DNA from: a virus
Length of the DNA: 64,000 bases
IMG/VR virus record: IMGVR_UViG_3300008116_000055
Coordinates: 99,542 to 163,541 of that record
Direction: 5' to 3' (one strand)
Positions 37,616-47,206 of this stretch are shown here, piece after piece. A model generated the notes under the pieces. That model was given only the letters and a program-made list of their open reading frames with translations, ran no database searches and was not told the origin of the DNA. The stretch's first letter is position 1; each line of letters starts with the position of its first letter. Both the position numbers and the translations under genes were made by a program.

Positions 37616-37972
37616 ATGGATATAAAACAAGTCAGGATTCTTTTGGCGTTTATAACGGTCATAATTTTCACTGGTATTCTTCATTTTAATAAAGAAAAGA
37701 TACATAACTATATTACAGATGAAAATATAGTTGAGGAAGAAATAAGTGAGGAAGTTATACCAAGGAGCGAAAAAGAGTGGTATCCTGTACCGGTAGTATC
37801 CTGTGAAGAAATATTCCAAAATCAATATCATATAACATTTGAAAATGGTGTCACAATACTAACCAATAAACCCGCCAAAATTGGTGATACCACAAAATGT
37901 TGGATAAATGGGTGGTATAATTCCAAAATAGATGAGTCCTTAGACTCGTTGACATTTGAAAATCCATATTAA
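37616..37972 (+). CDS. N-terminally anchored membrane protein (candidate lysis accessory/spanin-like)
   Basis: 118 aa. One N-terminal TM helix. 2-nt gap from the hydrolase gene. Terminator follows. Confidence 0.35.
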   Translation: MDIKQVRILLAFITVIIFTGILHFNKEKIHNYITDENIVEEEISEEVIPRSEKEWYPVPVVSCEEIFQNQYHITFENGVTILTNKPAKIGDTTKCWINGWYNSKIDESLDSLTFENPY

Positions 37973-37973
37973 T

Positions 37974-38002
37974 TTAATCCCCGAAAGGGGATTTTTTTTT
38001 AT
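37974..38002 (+). terminator. intrinsic terminator
   Basis: AATCCCC-GAAA-GGGGATT followed by TTTTTTTT. Confidence 0.8.
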
Positions 38003-38072
38003 TAATTTTTGGAAATACGATTTCTTTTTATTATATTTTGTTAGTGGTAAGTACAGACTAACTTAGAATATA

Positions 38073-39182
38073 ATGAAAGTAAATATATCGAATGCAACCT
38101 TCTCTTCGATAGTAGGGATTGGTCAGAAAGTTAAAAGGGCGGCAAAAGAATCAGGTAATTCATATCTCGAATTAAATAGAGGTGTAAACGCTGTTACGGA
38201 AATCGATTTGACGGGAGTTATGAAACAAATTGATTTTAACTCAAAAGAGTTTCAAGTATATGCACCTAACTTGGGTATTGAAACATTTAGACATTCTATC
38301 GTTTCAGAATATTTTCCTTCATTTGCAAATTCACCTAATTTCATCAATAATATTGCAATCACACCAGGTGGTATGCCTGCGTTAGATTTGGTTATCCAAT
38401 TATTAAATGTAGAAAATATTTATTTCCCAAAATTTTATTGGGGTTCTTATTCTAAAATGGCAACAATTAGACAAAAGTCTTTTTCATTTTATGAATCATT
38501 AGAATCTTTAGAAGCATCCAATTTTAGTGAATCATCTTGTATTTTTATTTGTGACCCAAATAATCCTACAGGTGTAAAAATAGATGACAACATTCTTTTC
38601 AGAAAGATTTATGAGATATCGATGACAGGTGCGATTATAATATTTGATTCACCATACCGTAAGTTATTTTATGAAGATGATTTCTTTGATAAAGTTGCCC
38701 ATCTTGATAATGTTATTATCACCGAATCTTTTTCAAAATGGGTAGGTTTATCGGGTTTAAGAATGGGTTTCATTTTTTGTAAGGACAAGGATTTTAATTC
38801 AGAATTAAACATTCGTTTACTTTATGAATTCAATGCCGTATGTTCCCCATCTCAAATGATTATTGAGAAAGTTTTAACCACACCCGAAGGAAGAAGTTCA
38901 TTAGAACAATTTAAAAATATAACAACTAATAATATCTTTAAGAATGTAAATTACCTAAAAGAGAAAAACCTACTGGTTGAAGAAATTTACCAAGGTGGTC
39001 AACCATTAGGTATCTTCGCGGTTATAAATAAATCGGAAGATTACTTATTTCAACATAGAATCGGTGCTGTTGGTCTTGATAAGTTTGTTTATCACGATAA
39101 GGACTTATGGTCATCATATTCTAGAATCTGCGTGTCAGTTGAGCACGAATTATTTAAAAAATATTTACTAAACATAAAATAA
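38073..39182 (+). CDS. PLP-dependent aminotransferase, class I/II fold
   Basis: 369 aa. ICDPNNPTG, IIFDSPYR, SFSKWVGLSGLRMGF (PLP lysine) in canonical order. Confidence 0.7.
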   Translation: MKVNISNATFSSIVGIGQKVKRAAKESGNSYLELNRGVNAVTEIDLTGVMKQIDFNSKEFQVYAPNLGIETFRHSIVSEYFPSFANSPNFINNIAITPGGMPALDLVIQLLNVENIYFPKFYWGSYSKMATIRQKSFSFYESLESLEASNFSESSCIFICDPNNPTGVKIDDNILFRKIYEISMTGAIIIFDSPYRKLFYEDDFFDKVAHLDNVIITESFSKWVGLSGLRMGFIFCKDKDFNSELNIRLLYEFNAVCSPSQMIIEKVLTTPEGRSSLEQFKNITTNNIFKNVNYLKEKNLLVEEIYQGGQPLGIFAVINKSEDYLFQHRIGAVGLDKFVYHDKDLWSSYSRICVSVEHELFKKYLLNIK

Positions 39183-39188
39183 ATAAAA

Positions 39189-39407
39189 ATGCAAACATTA
39201 ATTTTTAACACAACAACAAAAGAAGTTAAGCTTTACGAAGGTCCAAAAGAATCTTCAAAATTATTAGAAATGATTACAGATGCACCAACTGTTAGAATAA
39301 GTGACAGTGGTTACTATGAAGTCATGAAGAAATTGGATGGAGATGAAAAAAATATTCCTGTTTTAAGAGTACCAATTTCAAATACAAACATGTTTATCGA
39401 AAAGTAA
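39189..39407 (+). CDS. hypothetical small protein
   Basis: 72 aa ORF. Confidence 0.4.
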   Translation: MQTLIFNTTTKEVKLYEGPKESSKLLEMITDAPTVRISDSGYYEVMKKLDGDEKNIPVLRVPISNTNMFIEK

Positions 39408-39408
39408 T

Positions 39409-41322
39409 ATGTCTAAATTTACACCCAGCAAATATCAAAAAGATATTTTCAATTTTATTTTAAAAGATACTCGAAACGCAGTAGTTTCTGCTGTTGCTGG
39501 TAGTGGTAAAACGACGACACTATTAAAAGCTTTGGACTTAATACCTGATGATAAATCAGTATTGTTTTTGGCATTCAATGTTAGTATACGAGATGAATTA
39601 AAAAGAAGGATTCCCGAAAATAAGAACATTGATGTCAAAACGGTCCATGGTTTCGGTTACACAATCATGAGGAATAACTATGATTGTGGTGTTGACGAAA
39701 AAAGTTTAAAGTATCGAAATCTTTTTTGGGACATCATTAATTTTTACAGTGGTGAAAAACCCGATAGTTTAGACAAATACGGATTCAACGAAGAACAAAA
39801 CAAGTACATTCAAGGCATCCATGATTCTGTTCAAGGTGAGAATATTGACAGGTATAAATTTGTTACCGATGTTGTAACTCTGTGTAATTTATCGAGACAA
39901 CATTTAGTAAATTTTGATATCAAACCAATTGGTGTTGGTGAGATAAATAAAATTGCAGAGTTTCATTCTGTGAACAATCAAGATGGTGAATCCACTGCCG
40001 CATGGTATCTGTCTAAATTGGGTATGTCTTATCTAAAGGTTCTCGATTATACCGACATGATTTCTTTACCAATCATTTTGAACCATTCGGGAGATAATTA
40101 CGATTTTGTTTTTATAGACGAATGTCAAGATTTGAATTCTTGTCACCGTTTATTGATGCAAAAAGCAATGAAACCTGATGGTGGTAGATTCATTGCTGTA
40201 GGTGACCCTAAACAAGCGATATATGGTTTTGCAGGTGCTGACCATGAGTCATATCAAAAATTGAAAGAACTACCAAACACGGTTGAATTACCATTGTCTT
40301 TTACATATAGAGTCTCGCCTGAGATTTTAAATTTGGTTCGACACATAAATCCAGCAATCATTGCTCATTCTAAAAATAGGTCAGGTAGAGTAATTGAAAA
40401 CTTCTCCTATAAAGATATTATGGATGGGGACATGGTTTTGTGTAGAAATACATTTCCGGTTGTCTCATTGTGTATCAAATTATTAAGTGAAGGTAAAAAA
40501 TCTTATATAATTGGTTCTGATATTGGTAAGTCTTTGAAAACCATGATACTTTCTTGCAACAAGAAGAATGAAGAATATAACATGACAAACGTAATATGTT
40601 GTCTTCTTAAGGACAAAGAAAAGTTGATTGAAAAAACAATGACAAATCACACAATGAAAAGAAGTGAAGCGTTAGAGGATAACCAAGTAATTCTATTTGG
40701 TGAAAAGATACAAGTAATAGAAGCGTTATCCCACGGGATAGATGACCCCGCAATTGTTGTAAAGAAAATCGATGATATCTTTTCAGATGATAAAAAAAGT
40801 GGAATATGCTTGAGTAACGTACATAAATCTAAAGGTCTTGAATCAGAAAGGGTTTTTATTATCCACCCAGAATTATTTCCATCGAAATTTGCAACCTTAC
40901 CATGGCAAATTGAACAAGAAAAAAATTTAGAATACGTTGCTTACACAAGAGCCAAAACCACTTTAGGATTTGTAACCGACTTTGATGCATTTGTTAACCA
41001 CAAATCAAGGGACATTGACGAATCCAAATTAAAGGTGAGTAAATTTGTCGGTAGTCCTGGTATGAAAATTTATTTTGAACTAACTGTTACCGATATTAGA
41101 ACCGTGAATGGTCTTTATGGGCCAACAACTGTCTATGATTTGGTTGACAAAAATGGTAACATATTTTCTAAATTTGGTGAAATTAATACTGAATACCTAA
41201 CAACTAATTTACATAAGAGCGTTTCAATTAATTCAAAGGTGTCTTTTTACGGCATAATAAAGGAACACTCAGAATTTAGGGGAAACAAGGTTACTAAATT
41301 GGGTAAGATATCTCAGTACTAA
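39409..41322 (+). CDS. UvrD/PcrA-like superfamily 1 DNA helicase
   Basis: 637 aa. AVAGSGKTTTL (Walker A), FVFIDECQDLN (motif II DEXQ), YTRAKTTL late motif. Confidence 0.8.
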   Translation: MSKFTPSKYQKDIFNFILKDTRNAVVSAVAGSGKTTTLLKALDLIPDDKSVLFLAFNVSIRDELKRRIPENKNIDVKTVHGFGYTIMRNNYDCGVDEKSLKYRNLFWDIINFYSGEKPDSLDKYGFNEEQNKYIQGIHDSVQGENIDRYKFVTDVVTLCNLSRQHLVNFDIKPIGVGEINKIAEFHSVNNQDGESTAAWYLSKLGMSYLKVLDYTDMISLPIILNHSGDNYDFVFIDECQDLNSCHRLLMQKAMKPDGGRFIAVGDPKQAIYGFAGADHESYQKLKELPNTVELPLSFTYRVSPEILNLVRHINPAIIAHSKNRSGRVIENFSYKDIMDGDMVLCRNTFPVVSLCIKLLSEGKKSYIIGSDIGKSLKTMILSCNKKNEEYNMTNVICCLLKDKEKLIEKTMTNHTMKRSEALEDNQVILFGEKIQVIEALSHGIDDPAIVVKKIDDIFSDDKKSGICLSNVHKSKGLESERVFIIHPELFPSKFATLPWQIEQEKNLEYVAYTRAKTTLGFVTDFDAFVNHKSRDIDESKLKVSKFVGSPGMKIYFELTVTDIRTVNGLYGPTTVYDLVDKNGNIFSKFGEINTEYLTTNLHKSVSINSKVSFYGIIKEHSEFRGNKVTKLGKISQY

Positions 41323-41358
41323 ATTGACATTTTAAAAATTATTAATTATATTTGAATC

Positions 41359-41844
41359 ATGGGATGTGATATTCATGTGTATTTGGAAAAATACACTTCA
41401 GTAAATGGTGAAAATAAATGGGTCAATGTTGACCATTGGCAAATAAATCCACATTTTGGAATGAACGATTCCGAAAGGGAGTACGACCACGTTGCTTTTT
41501 ATTGGGGAAGAAATTATGATTTATTCTCAATTCTTGCGGAGGTCAGAGGTTCAATGGACCCGATTGCGGACCCAAGGGGTTTACCTGAGGATGTGACTGA
41601 GACAACAAGAAAGGAATATGAAAGAGGTGATATGGTCCATACAGCTTCTTACTACACCTTAAAAGAACTCAAAGATTATCTGTACAATAATTCAGATAAT
41701 GAAGAAATCGTTGAGAACTTAAAATATTTTGTTGACTCTATGGACAATAGGTTTAAAGAAGAATTTTGGATAACAAATGATGACCAAAAGAGGTATACGA
41801 TTAAAGAGAATGGTTTTAGAGTTGTCTTTTGGTTTGACAACTAA
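41359..41844 (+). CDS. hypothetical protein
   Basis: 161 aa. TATATTTG -7 box ends 5 nt before the ATG, so probably leaderless. Confidence 0.45.
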   Translation: MGCDIHVYLEKYTSVNGENKWVNVDHWQINPHFGMNDSEREYDHVAFYWGRNYDLFSILAEVRGSMDPIADPRGLPEDVTETTRKEYERGDMVHTASYYTLKELKDYLYNNSDNEEIVENLKYFVDSMDNRFKEEFWITNDDQKRYTIKENGFRVVFWFDN

Positions 41845-41852
41845 TTCTAATA

Positions 41853-42077
41853 ATGATAACAACAACCACAAAAGATTATTATGAATGTGTGAGATGTGGT
41901 ATTAACACCTCATTCGAATATAGAATTTGTCCATGTAACAGAAAACCATGTGATGCGATAAAAAAAGGAATTATTACAATCACAAAAAATATTACACTGG
42001 ATGATGATAATTTTAAAGCCGACGGTAGGGACAGGAATGATGATATAGGACAAATGTTGGCATCATGGAATGTTTAA
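41853..42077 (+). CDS. small zinc-ribbon protein
   Basis: 74 aa. CVRCG...CPCNRKPC. Confidence 0.35.
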   Translation: MITTTTKDYYECVRCGINTSFEYRICPCNRKPCDAIKKGIITITKNITLDDDNFKADGRDRNDDIGQMLASWNV

Positions 42078-42080
42078 AAT

Positions 42081-42335
42081 ATGGAAGAAAAATTATATAG
42101 TGCAGCAAAAGACTTCGTAAAGAGGTATGGACAAGATGATGTTAGTGAACACATCATCAACATCATTGTATCGGTAATGAGAACAAGAGATGGGGTTGGA
42201 CCCATTGGGGGTAGTTTCGTTCAATCTGTTGTGAATAACGATTTGTGTGGTGCGGTAGTTAGGGCCGACAATGAATGTTTAAAACACATCAAGTTAATCG
42301 CTCTTTCAAGAAACAATTGTTTCTGTGAAGATTAA
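42081..42335 (+). CDS. hypothetical small protein
   Basis: 84 aa. Confidence 0.35.
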   Translation: MEEKLYSAAKDFVKRYGQDDVSEHIINIIVSVMRTRDGVGPIGGSFVQSVVNNDLCGAVVRADNECLKHIKLIALSRNNCFCED

Positions 42336-42371
42336 TTTTGTTTTATCAAAAAAATCATTTATATTTAGAAT

Positions 42372-42626
42372 ATGAAAAATCTAACATTTGTAATTTTTTT
42401 GGGTCTAATATTAATGTCTTGCAAGTACAAGACACAATATACTGACACTAAAATCCCATGTATTGTTGATTCTGTTGAATATCATGGAATTGGTTGTGAC
42501 AATACTTTACAAACAACTCCATATTGGAAATTGTATCTAAAAAACCCCGAAATGAAAATAACATCGTACAGGTCATATGAAAAAGGTGATACTGTGTATG
42601 TAATCGAAAGAAAAATAAAAAAATAA
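42372..42626 (+). CDS. small lipoprotein
   Basis: 84 aa. MKNLTFVIFLGLILMSC lipobox. Confidence 0.45.
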   Translation: MKNLTFVIFLGLILMSCKYKTQYTDTKIPCIVDSVEYHGIGCDNTLQTTPYWKLYLKNPEMKITSYRSYEKGDTVYVIERKIKK

Positions 42627-42629
42627 AAT

Positions 42630-43502
42630 ATGATTAATAGAATTTTTACTCCTGAATGGAAACTATGGATTTGGTCTAATATTGTGAATGGATATGATAG
42701 AGAGTCCATTTTTAATGTTTTACTTAATAATGGATTTGATTACAATTTAATTAAAAGAGAACTTGAAATTGAACCAACTAACGCGTTAATTTGGCAAAGA
42801 CAATATTCACAGGAAAACCTTAATCAACCTTACGAAGTTGAACTTTATCCGTTCAATAAATCTCTATGTGATAACCCAAGAGCTTATAGAGTTGAAAATA
42901 ATTTAGTTGAAATTTATCATTACCCTGAATTATTAACATTAATTGAATGTGATGATTTGATATCGATTACAGACAAAAAATTAAACTCACAGAAAAAATC
43001 TAAGGACTTGCAATCACCCATGATTCATAAGTTAGATAAAAAGTCTGAGATTTATAAAACAGTAAATGAGAGAATCAATTCTGTTATTGGTATTCGAGAT
43101 TCATTTGGTGAAGATGTTTTTATTCAAAAAATAACACCCGAATTCAATTATGAGGAAAAATACGATTTTCTACTACCTAATCAAATATCGGAGGACAAAT
43201 TGTTTACAAACATGGGTAATAGATTGTGGAGTGTCCAAATATCATTGAATAACATTACTGAGGGTGGACATCTAACTTTTAATTCAATTGAAAGAAGTGT
43301 AAAACCTGTAAAAGGAGATGGAGTAATTTGGAAAAATTTATACCATGATTTTCAACTAAACCCTTACACCAAACATACACATTTTAAAACAACCGAAGGC
43401 GATAAATACGTTTTGTTTAAGTATTATAGAATGGCTGACGGTAGTCAAGTTGTAAAAGAAGGACAACAAGAAATTGAAATTCAATTAGATGAGATTAAGT
43501 AG
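42630..43502 (+). CDS. 2-oxoglutarate/Fe(II)-dependent oxygenase-like protein (P4H/PhyH-like)
   Basis: 290 aa. C-terminal ITEGGHLTF...VKPVKGDGVIWKNL...HTHFKTTEGDKYVLFKY fits the double-stranded beta-helix core of prolyl-4-hydroxylase-like enzymes. Confidence 0.5.
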   Translation: MINRIFTPEWKLWIWSNIVNGYDRESIFNVLLNNGFDYNLIKRELEIEPTNALIWQRQYSQENLNQPYEVELYPFNKSLCDNPRAYRVENNLVEIYHYPELLTLIECDDLISITDKKLNSQKKSKDLQSPMIHKLDKKSEIYKTVNERINSVIGIRDSFGEDVFIQKITPEFNYEEKYDFLLPNQISEDKLFTNMGNRLWSVQISLNNITEGGHLTFNSIERSVKPVKGDGVIWKNLYHDFQLNPYTKHTHFKTTEGDKYVLFKYYRMADGSQVVKEGQQEIEIQLDEIK

Positions 43503-43716
43503 TATTATTTTATTTGTTTTACTCGTCACATCATGTTCTGAACCAAACACAAAACAAGTTGTAAACGATAGGAATAACCCCCAAACTATTAAACTTAGTA
43601 ATCAATCCGAATACAGAGTTTTTGAATGGGAACATAAGGGACATACTTATCTCATAATCGATAGAAGTCATGGTTCAGGAATCACACACGCAGGACATTG
43701 TCCCTGTGGAAAATAA
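43489..43716 (+). CDS. small lipoprotein
   Basis: 75 aa. MRLSSIILFVLLVTSC lipobox. C-terminal GHCPCGK. Confidence 0.4.
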   Translation: MRLSSIILFVLLVTSCSEPNTKQVVNDRNNPQTIKLSNQSEYRVFEWEHKGHTYLIIDRSHGSGITHAGHCPCGK

Positions 43717-43784
43717 ACTTACTTCTGAACAAGAAGAGATTTTATGGTGGGAACACTATGAGAAAATGTATTTAACCAGCGAAG

Positions 43785-44324
43785 ATGGGGAATCTGAATT
43801 TTCATGAAGATATAAAAATCGGTCAAACTAATGAACAAGTAGTCATTGATGTATTTGAAAGAGAATACAATGCTATTTGTGTTGGGAAGAGTGAAAAAGA
43901 AAATGGTAATTTAAAAGAGTTCGATTTAATATTCAATTTCCCAACTAAAACCCATGTGGTTGCAGAAGTCAAGACAGAAGACAAATGGGTACAACCCGGT
44001 AGAACATTACCAAACGGTGCCTATTTTCCCGGTATAGATACTGGTAACCTATGTATTGAATTTAGGATGCACGGTAAGGACAGTGGAATAATGGTAACCA
44101 AATCAGATTTGTGGGTAATAGTTTTTATGAACATCAAAGAGATTTGGGTGATTAAAACTAATAAATTAAGAAAATTAATTTCAGAAAATAATTTCAAAGT
44201 AAAGATAGGTGGTGACGAGGTTTATGCTGGAACTAACGTATTGATTCCTGAAGAGAAAAGGTCACATATGTATTTGATTCCAAGAAAAAACTTTGAGTCT
44301 CATTTTACAGTTTTAAAATACTAA
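43785..44324 (+). CDS. hypothetical protein (possible PD-(D/E)xK-like nuclease)
   Basis: 179 aa. DLIF...EVK spacing is compatible with a D-(x)n-E-x-K motif. Weak. Confidence 0.35.
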   Translation: MGNLNFHEDIKIGQTNEQVVIDVFEREYNAICVGKSEKENGNLKEFDLIFNFPTKTHVVAEVKTEDKWVQPGRTLPNGAYFPGIDTGNLCIEFRMHGKDSGIMVTKSDLWVIVFMNIKEIWVIKTNKLRKLISENNFKVKIGGDEVYAGTNVLIPEEKRSHMYLIPRKNFESHFTVLKY

Positions 44325-44737
44325 CCAAATCTTTCTCTCACGAAATCTTGCATTATCTTACCCATAATGTTTGCAAAATTTAATTCAGATAACTCACTTT
44401 GAGTTACAAATCTAAGATACTGACCCTCATTTAGTGGAATTTCTTCAATAGGTTTGTCAATCACACCGTGAAATATATATTTAATATTTGGGGACACATC
44501 ACCCTCAATACAGACATACTTCTTCCAAAAAGAAAATCTAACTAAACTGCTCGAGTCAGTTTCAATTTCTTCTATCATTTCTCTTTTCAACGCTTCTAAT
44601 GGTGTTTCTCTTTTTTCAACGTGACCACCTATAAGGTCCCAATGATTTGGAAAGGGGATATCTGGGTTGTTGTCTCTTAAATACACCAAGTATTTACCTT
44701 CAGGGTTTTGAAGAATGATTTGAGATATTTGTATCAT
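44321..44737 (-). CDS. NUDIX hydrolase
   Basis: 138 aa. GGHVEKRETPLEALKREMIEE is a complete Nudix box (GX5EX7REUXEEXGU). Convergent, ends overlap 43785..44324. Confidence 0.75.
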   Translation of the reverse strand: MIQISQIILQNPEGKYLVYLRDNNPDIPFPNHWDLIGGHVEKRETPLEALKREMIEEIETDSSSLVRFSFWKKYVCIEGDVSPNIKYIFHGVIDKPIEEIPLNEGQYLRFVTQSELSELNFANIMGKIMQDFVRERFG

Positions 44738-44776
44738 AATTTTGATTTATAAAGATAAATATTTATACTTTACGTA

Positions 44777-44956
44777 TGAAAATAGTTTTATTAACATTTG
44801 GTATATTGTTTCTAATTGTAACCTGGTTGTTTGCAACTGCAACAACCATAAACGGAGAGCACAATCGAACAGCATTTAAAATTAAATCATTATTTTATTG
44901 GGTTGCTGTGACCTCATCATTTTGTTTGGGGTATATGATTGCCTCAAAATTTTAAA
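44777..44956 (+). CDS. hypothetical small membrane protein (59 aa)
   Basis: Hand-translated MKIVLLTFGILFLIVTWLFATATTINGEHNRTAFKIKSLFYWVAVTSSFCLGYMIASKF. Confidence 0.25.
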
Positions 44957-44966
44957 TCGACAATAA

Positions 44967-45170
44967 ATGAACAACGCAGAAACTCACGAATTTTATGGAT
45001 GGATGGCTTTTAATGAAGGATTCTTTCACGAGTGGAGAGATGAGGTTGCGAACAGACTTTTAAAATTAAGTCCCCATGAGTGTGCTAGAGATGATTTTAG
45101 GGCGAATTTGTCAATTGAGGTTTTTAACGAAATGACTAAACGCAAAAATAATCTTGAGTTAGGGGAATAA
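44967..45170 (+). CDS. hypothetical small protein
   Basis: 67 aa. TAATG junction with the next gene. Confidence 0.3.
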   Translation: MNNAETHEFYGWMAFNEGFFHEWRDEVANRLLKLSPHECARDDFRANLSIEVFNEMTKRKNNLELGE

Positions 45171-45635
45171 ATGGTGGATATGACTTTTTTAGAAAAAATA
45201 AAAGTAGTTGTTGATAGAAGATATAATTCCGAATTGTTAAAAAGGCACGACGGTGATTTCTTTTGTAATAAATGGTGGTGCTTTAAAGTCAAAGTAGAGA
45301 CAATACCAATGTCCGAAATTAAAACAAGAGTAAAATCAATTCATTTAAAACCAATACATAAACAAATTGAATTAGATATAATAGAAAGAGGGTTTGATTA
45401 TAATAAGGGTCACATCTATCTAACAAACAAAAATTATATTTTTGATGGTTATCATAGGTACTTTATTTTAAAAAGACATTTTGACGATTCACTATTAATT
45501 ACCGTTTATAGGTTGACAAATGTCAGTAGCGGATTCACATATGCATTTAAAATGTCTATTATACATTTGTTTGTAAAAATTTATAGATTTTTGTTTAAAA
45601 GAGATAAAGGACAAATCATAGAAATAAATTTGTAA
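45171..45635 (+). CDS. ParB-like nuclease domain protein
   Basis: 154 aa. IPMSEIKTR...IYLTNKNYIFDGYHRYF resembles the ParB N-terminal (sulfiredoxin-like) DGxHR motif. Confidence 0.45.
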   Translation: MVDMTFLEKIKVVVDRRYNSELLKRHDGDFFCNKWWCFKVKVETIPMSEIKTRVKSIHLKPIHKQIELDIIERGFDYNKGHIYLTNKNYIFDGYHRYFILKRHFDDSLLITVYRLTNVSSGFTYAFKMSIIHLFVKIYRFLFKRDKGQIIEINL

Positions 45636-45660
45636 TCATTTAATTGAGATAATTATAGAT

Positions 45661-46356
45661 ATGAAAATAGATGCACTTTTTATTTCAGATGTTCACCTTG
45701 GTACTAAGGGTAGTAATTCTGAAATGGTGCTTGAAGTCCTAAAAAAATATGAACCAACTTATTTGTTTTTAGTTGGTGATATCATAGATGGTTGGATGTT
45801 ACAGAGGAAGTTCAGATGGAAACAAAACGACACCAATGTGATAAGAAAAATATTATCACATTCCAAAAGAGGTACTCAAGTAATTTATGTTACTGGTAAT
45901 CATGATGAATTTTTAAGACAATATACGGACTTATCTTTTGGTAACATTGAAATTTGTAATGAATACAAATATGGTAATGTATTTATTACCCATGGAGACC
46001 TTTATGATGGTGTGGTTAAGTTAAAATGGTTAGGTATTTTAGGTTCCATTGGTTACGATATTGCGATTTCTATAGATAGGACTCTAAAAAAATTTGGACA
46101 TAAGAGGTCCCTTTCTAAATTTTTAAAGGACAGTGTTAAAGAGGCTGTTAAATTTATTACGAGTTTTGAGGTAGAACTGGTTAGACAGGCAAAAAAAAGA
46201 GAGTGTGACACTGTGATATGTGGTCACATACACAATCCTGAAGATAAAATTATTGAGGGTGTGAGGTATTTAAATTGTGGGGATTGGATAGAAAACAATA
46301 CTTACATAATACATCATAACGGGGATTTTAAACTTCAGAGATATGCCACTTTATAA
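45661..46356 (+). CDS. calcineurin-like metallophosphoesterase (LpxH-like)
   Basis: 231 aa. SDVHLG, GDIIDGW, GNHDEF, HGD, GHIHNPE motifs. Confidence 0.65.
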   Translation: MKIDALFISDVHLGTKGSNSEMVLEVLKKYEPTYLFLVGDIIDGWMLQRKFRWKQNDTNVIRKILSHSKRGTQVIYVTGNHDEFLRQYTDLSFGNIEICNEYKYGNVFITHGDLYDGVVKLKWLGILGSIGYDIAISIDRTLKKFGHKRSLSKFLKDSVKEAVKFITSFEVELVRQAKKRECDTVICGHIHNPEDKIIEGVRYLNCGDWIENNTYIIHHNGDFKLQRYATL

Positions 46357-47080
46357 ACCAACAAAAATAAAAAACAAACTAACCATTGTAATTCCATGTT
46401 ACAATGAAGACAAGTATATTAAGAAGACTCTCGACTCAATACACAAACAAGTTTTAATTGATGGTACAAGAGTAATCATTGCTGATAACCATTCAACAGA
46501 CCGAACAAGGGCGATTATCAATAATATGTCTATGATGTACTCTGATAGACTTAAGATAGAAATGATTGACGGTGGTAAAGTTGGTGAAGCAAGAAATTTA
46601 GGGAGTGATTTGGTTAATACTGAATATGTTTTATTTGTGGATGCTGACATCCAATTCTTCAATTCAATTACAATTCACGACTGTATTGAGGAAATGATTT
46701 TGGAAGATTTGGATTTGATGACATGTAAAATAAAATCAACATCTAAAAATTGGAAGTCCAAATTGGTATTCGTTTGTTTTAATTCCGTTAATAATATTAT
46801 TAGTAAATTCAGTCCATTCGCTGTTGGTACCTTTTTCTTGACAAAAACTGATAAATTTAGAGAATTAGGTAAATTTAATGAGGAATACCAACACAGTGAA
46901 GACTATGGTTTAAGTAGGAAATACAATTCAAAAAAGTTTAAAATATCCGAACATTACGTTGGTCAAGATGACCGTAGATTCAAGAAAATGGGGTATTTGG
47001 GAATGATTAAACTAATCATTAAGTCCTTTTTGAATAGGGAAAACGAAGAATATTTCAAAAAAGATATTGGTTATTGGTGA
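46343..47080 (+). CDS. family 2 glycosyltransferase
   Basis: 245 aa. LTIVIPCYNEDKYIKKTLDSIHKQ and ADNHSTD, FVDAD DxD motifs. Confidence 0.7.
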   Translation: MPLYKPTKIKNKLTIVIPCYNEDKYIKKTLDSIHKQVLIDGTRVIIADNHSTDRTRAIINNMSMMYSDRLKIEMIDGGKVGEARNLGSDLVNTEYVLFVDADIQFFNSITIHDCIEEMILEDLDLMTCKIKSTSKNWKSKLVFVCFNSVNNIISKFSPFAVGTFFLTKTDKFRELGKFNEEYQHSEDYGLSRKYNSKKFKISEHYVGQDDRRFKKMGYLGMIKLIIKSFLNRENEEYFKKDIGYW

Positions 47081-47206
47081 TTTCAAAAAAAATTTTGAAA
47101 TTTAAAATATTCTTCTTAATATTGACTCATGATTGTACTTTTATTATTTATCATTTGCATACTTTTGTATGCAATCAATGAAAACATCCGAAAAAAATAA
47201 ATCACT

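Noticed and set aside
47080-47130. AT-only palindrome TTTCAAAAAAAATTTTGAAA after the GT2 gene as a terminator
   Set aside because: The stem is entirely A/T with no GC clamp. It is too weak to call an intrinsic terminator, and may be a spacer or operator at most.
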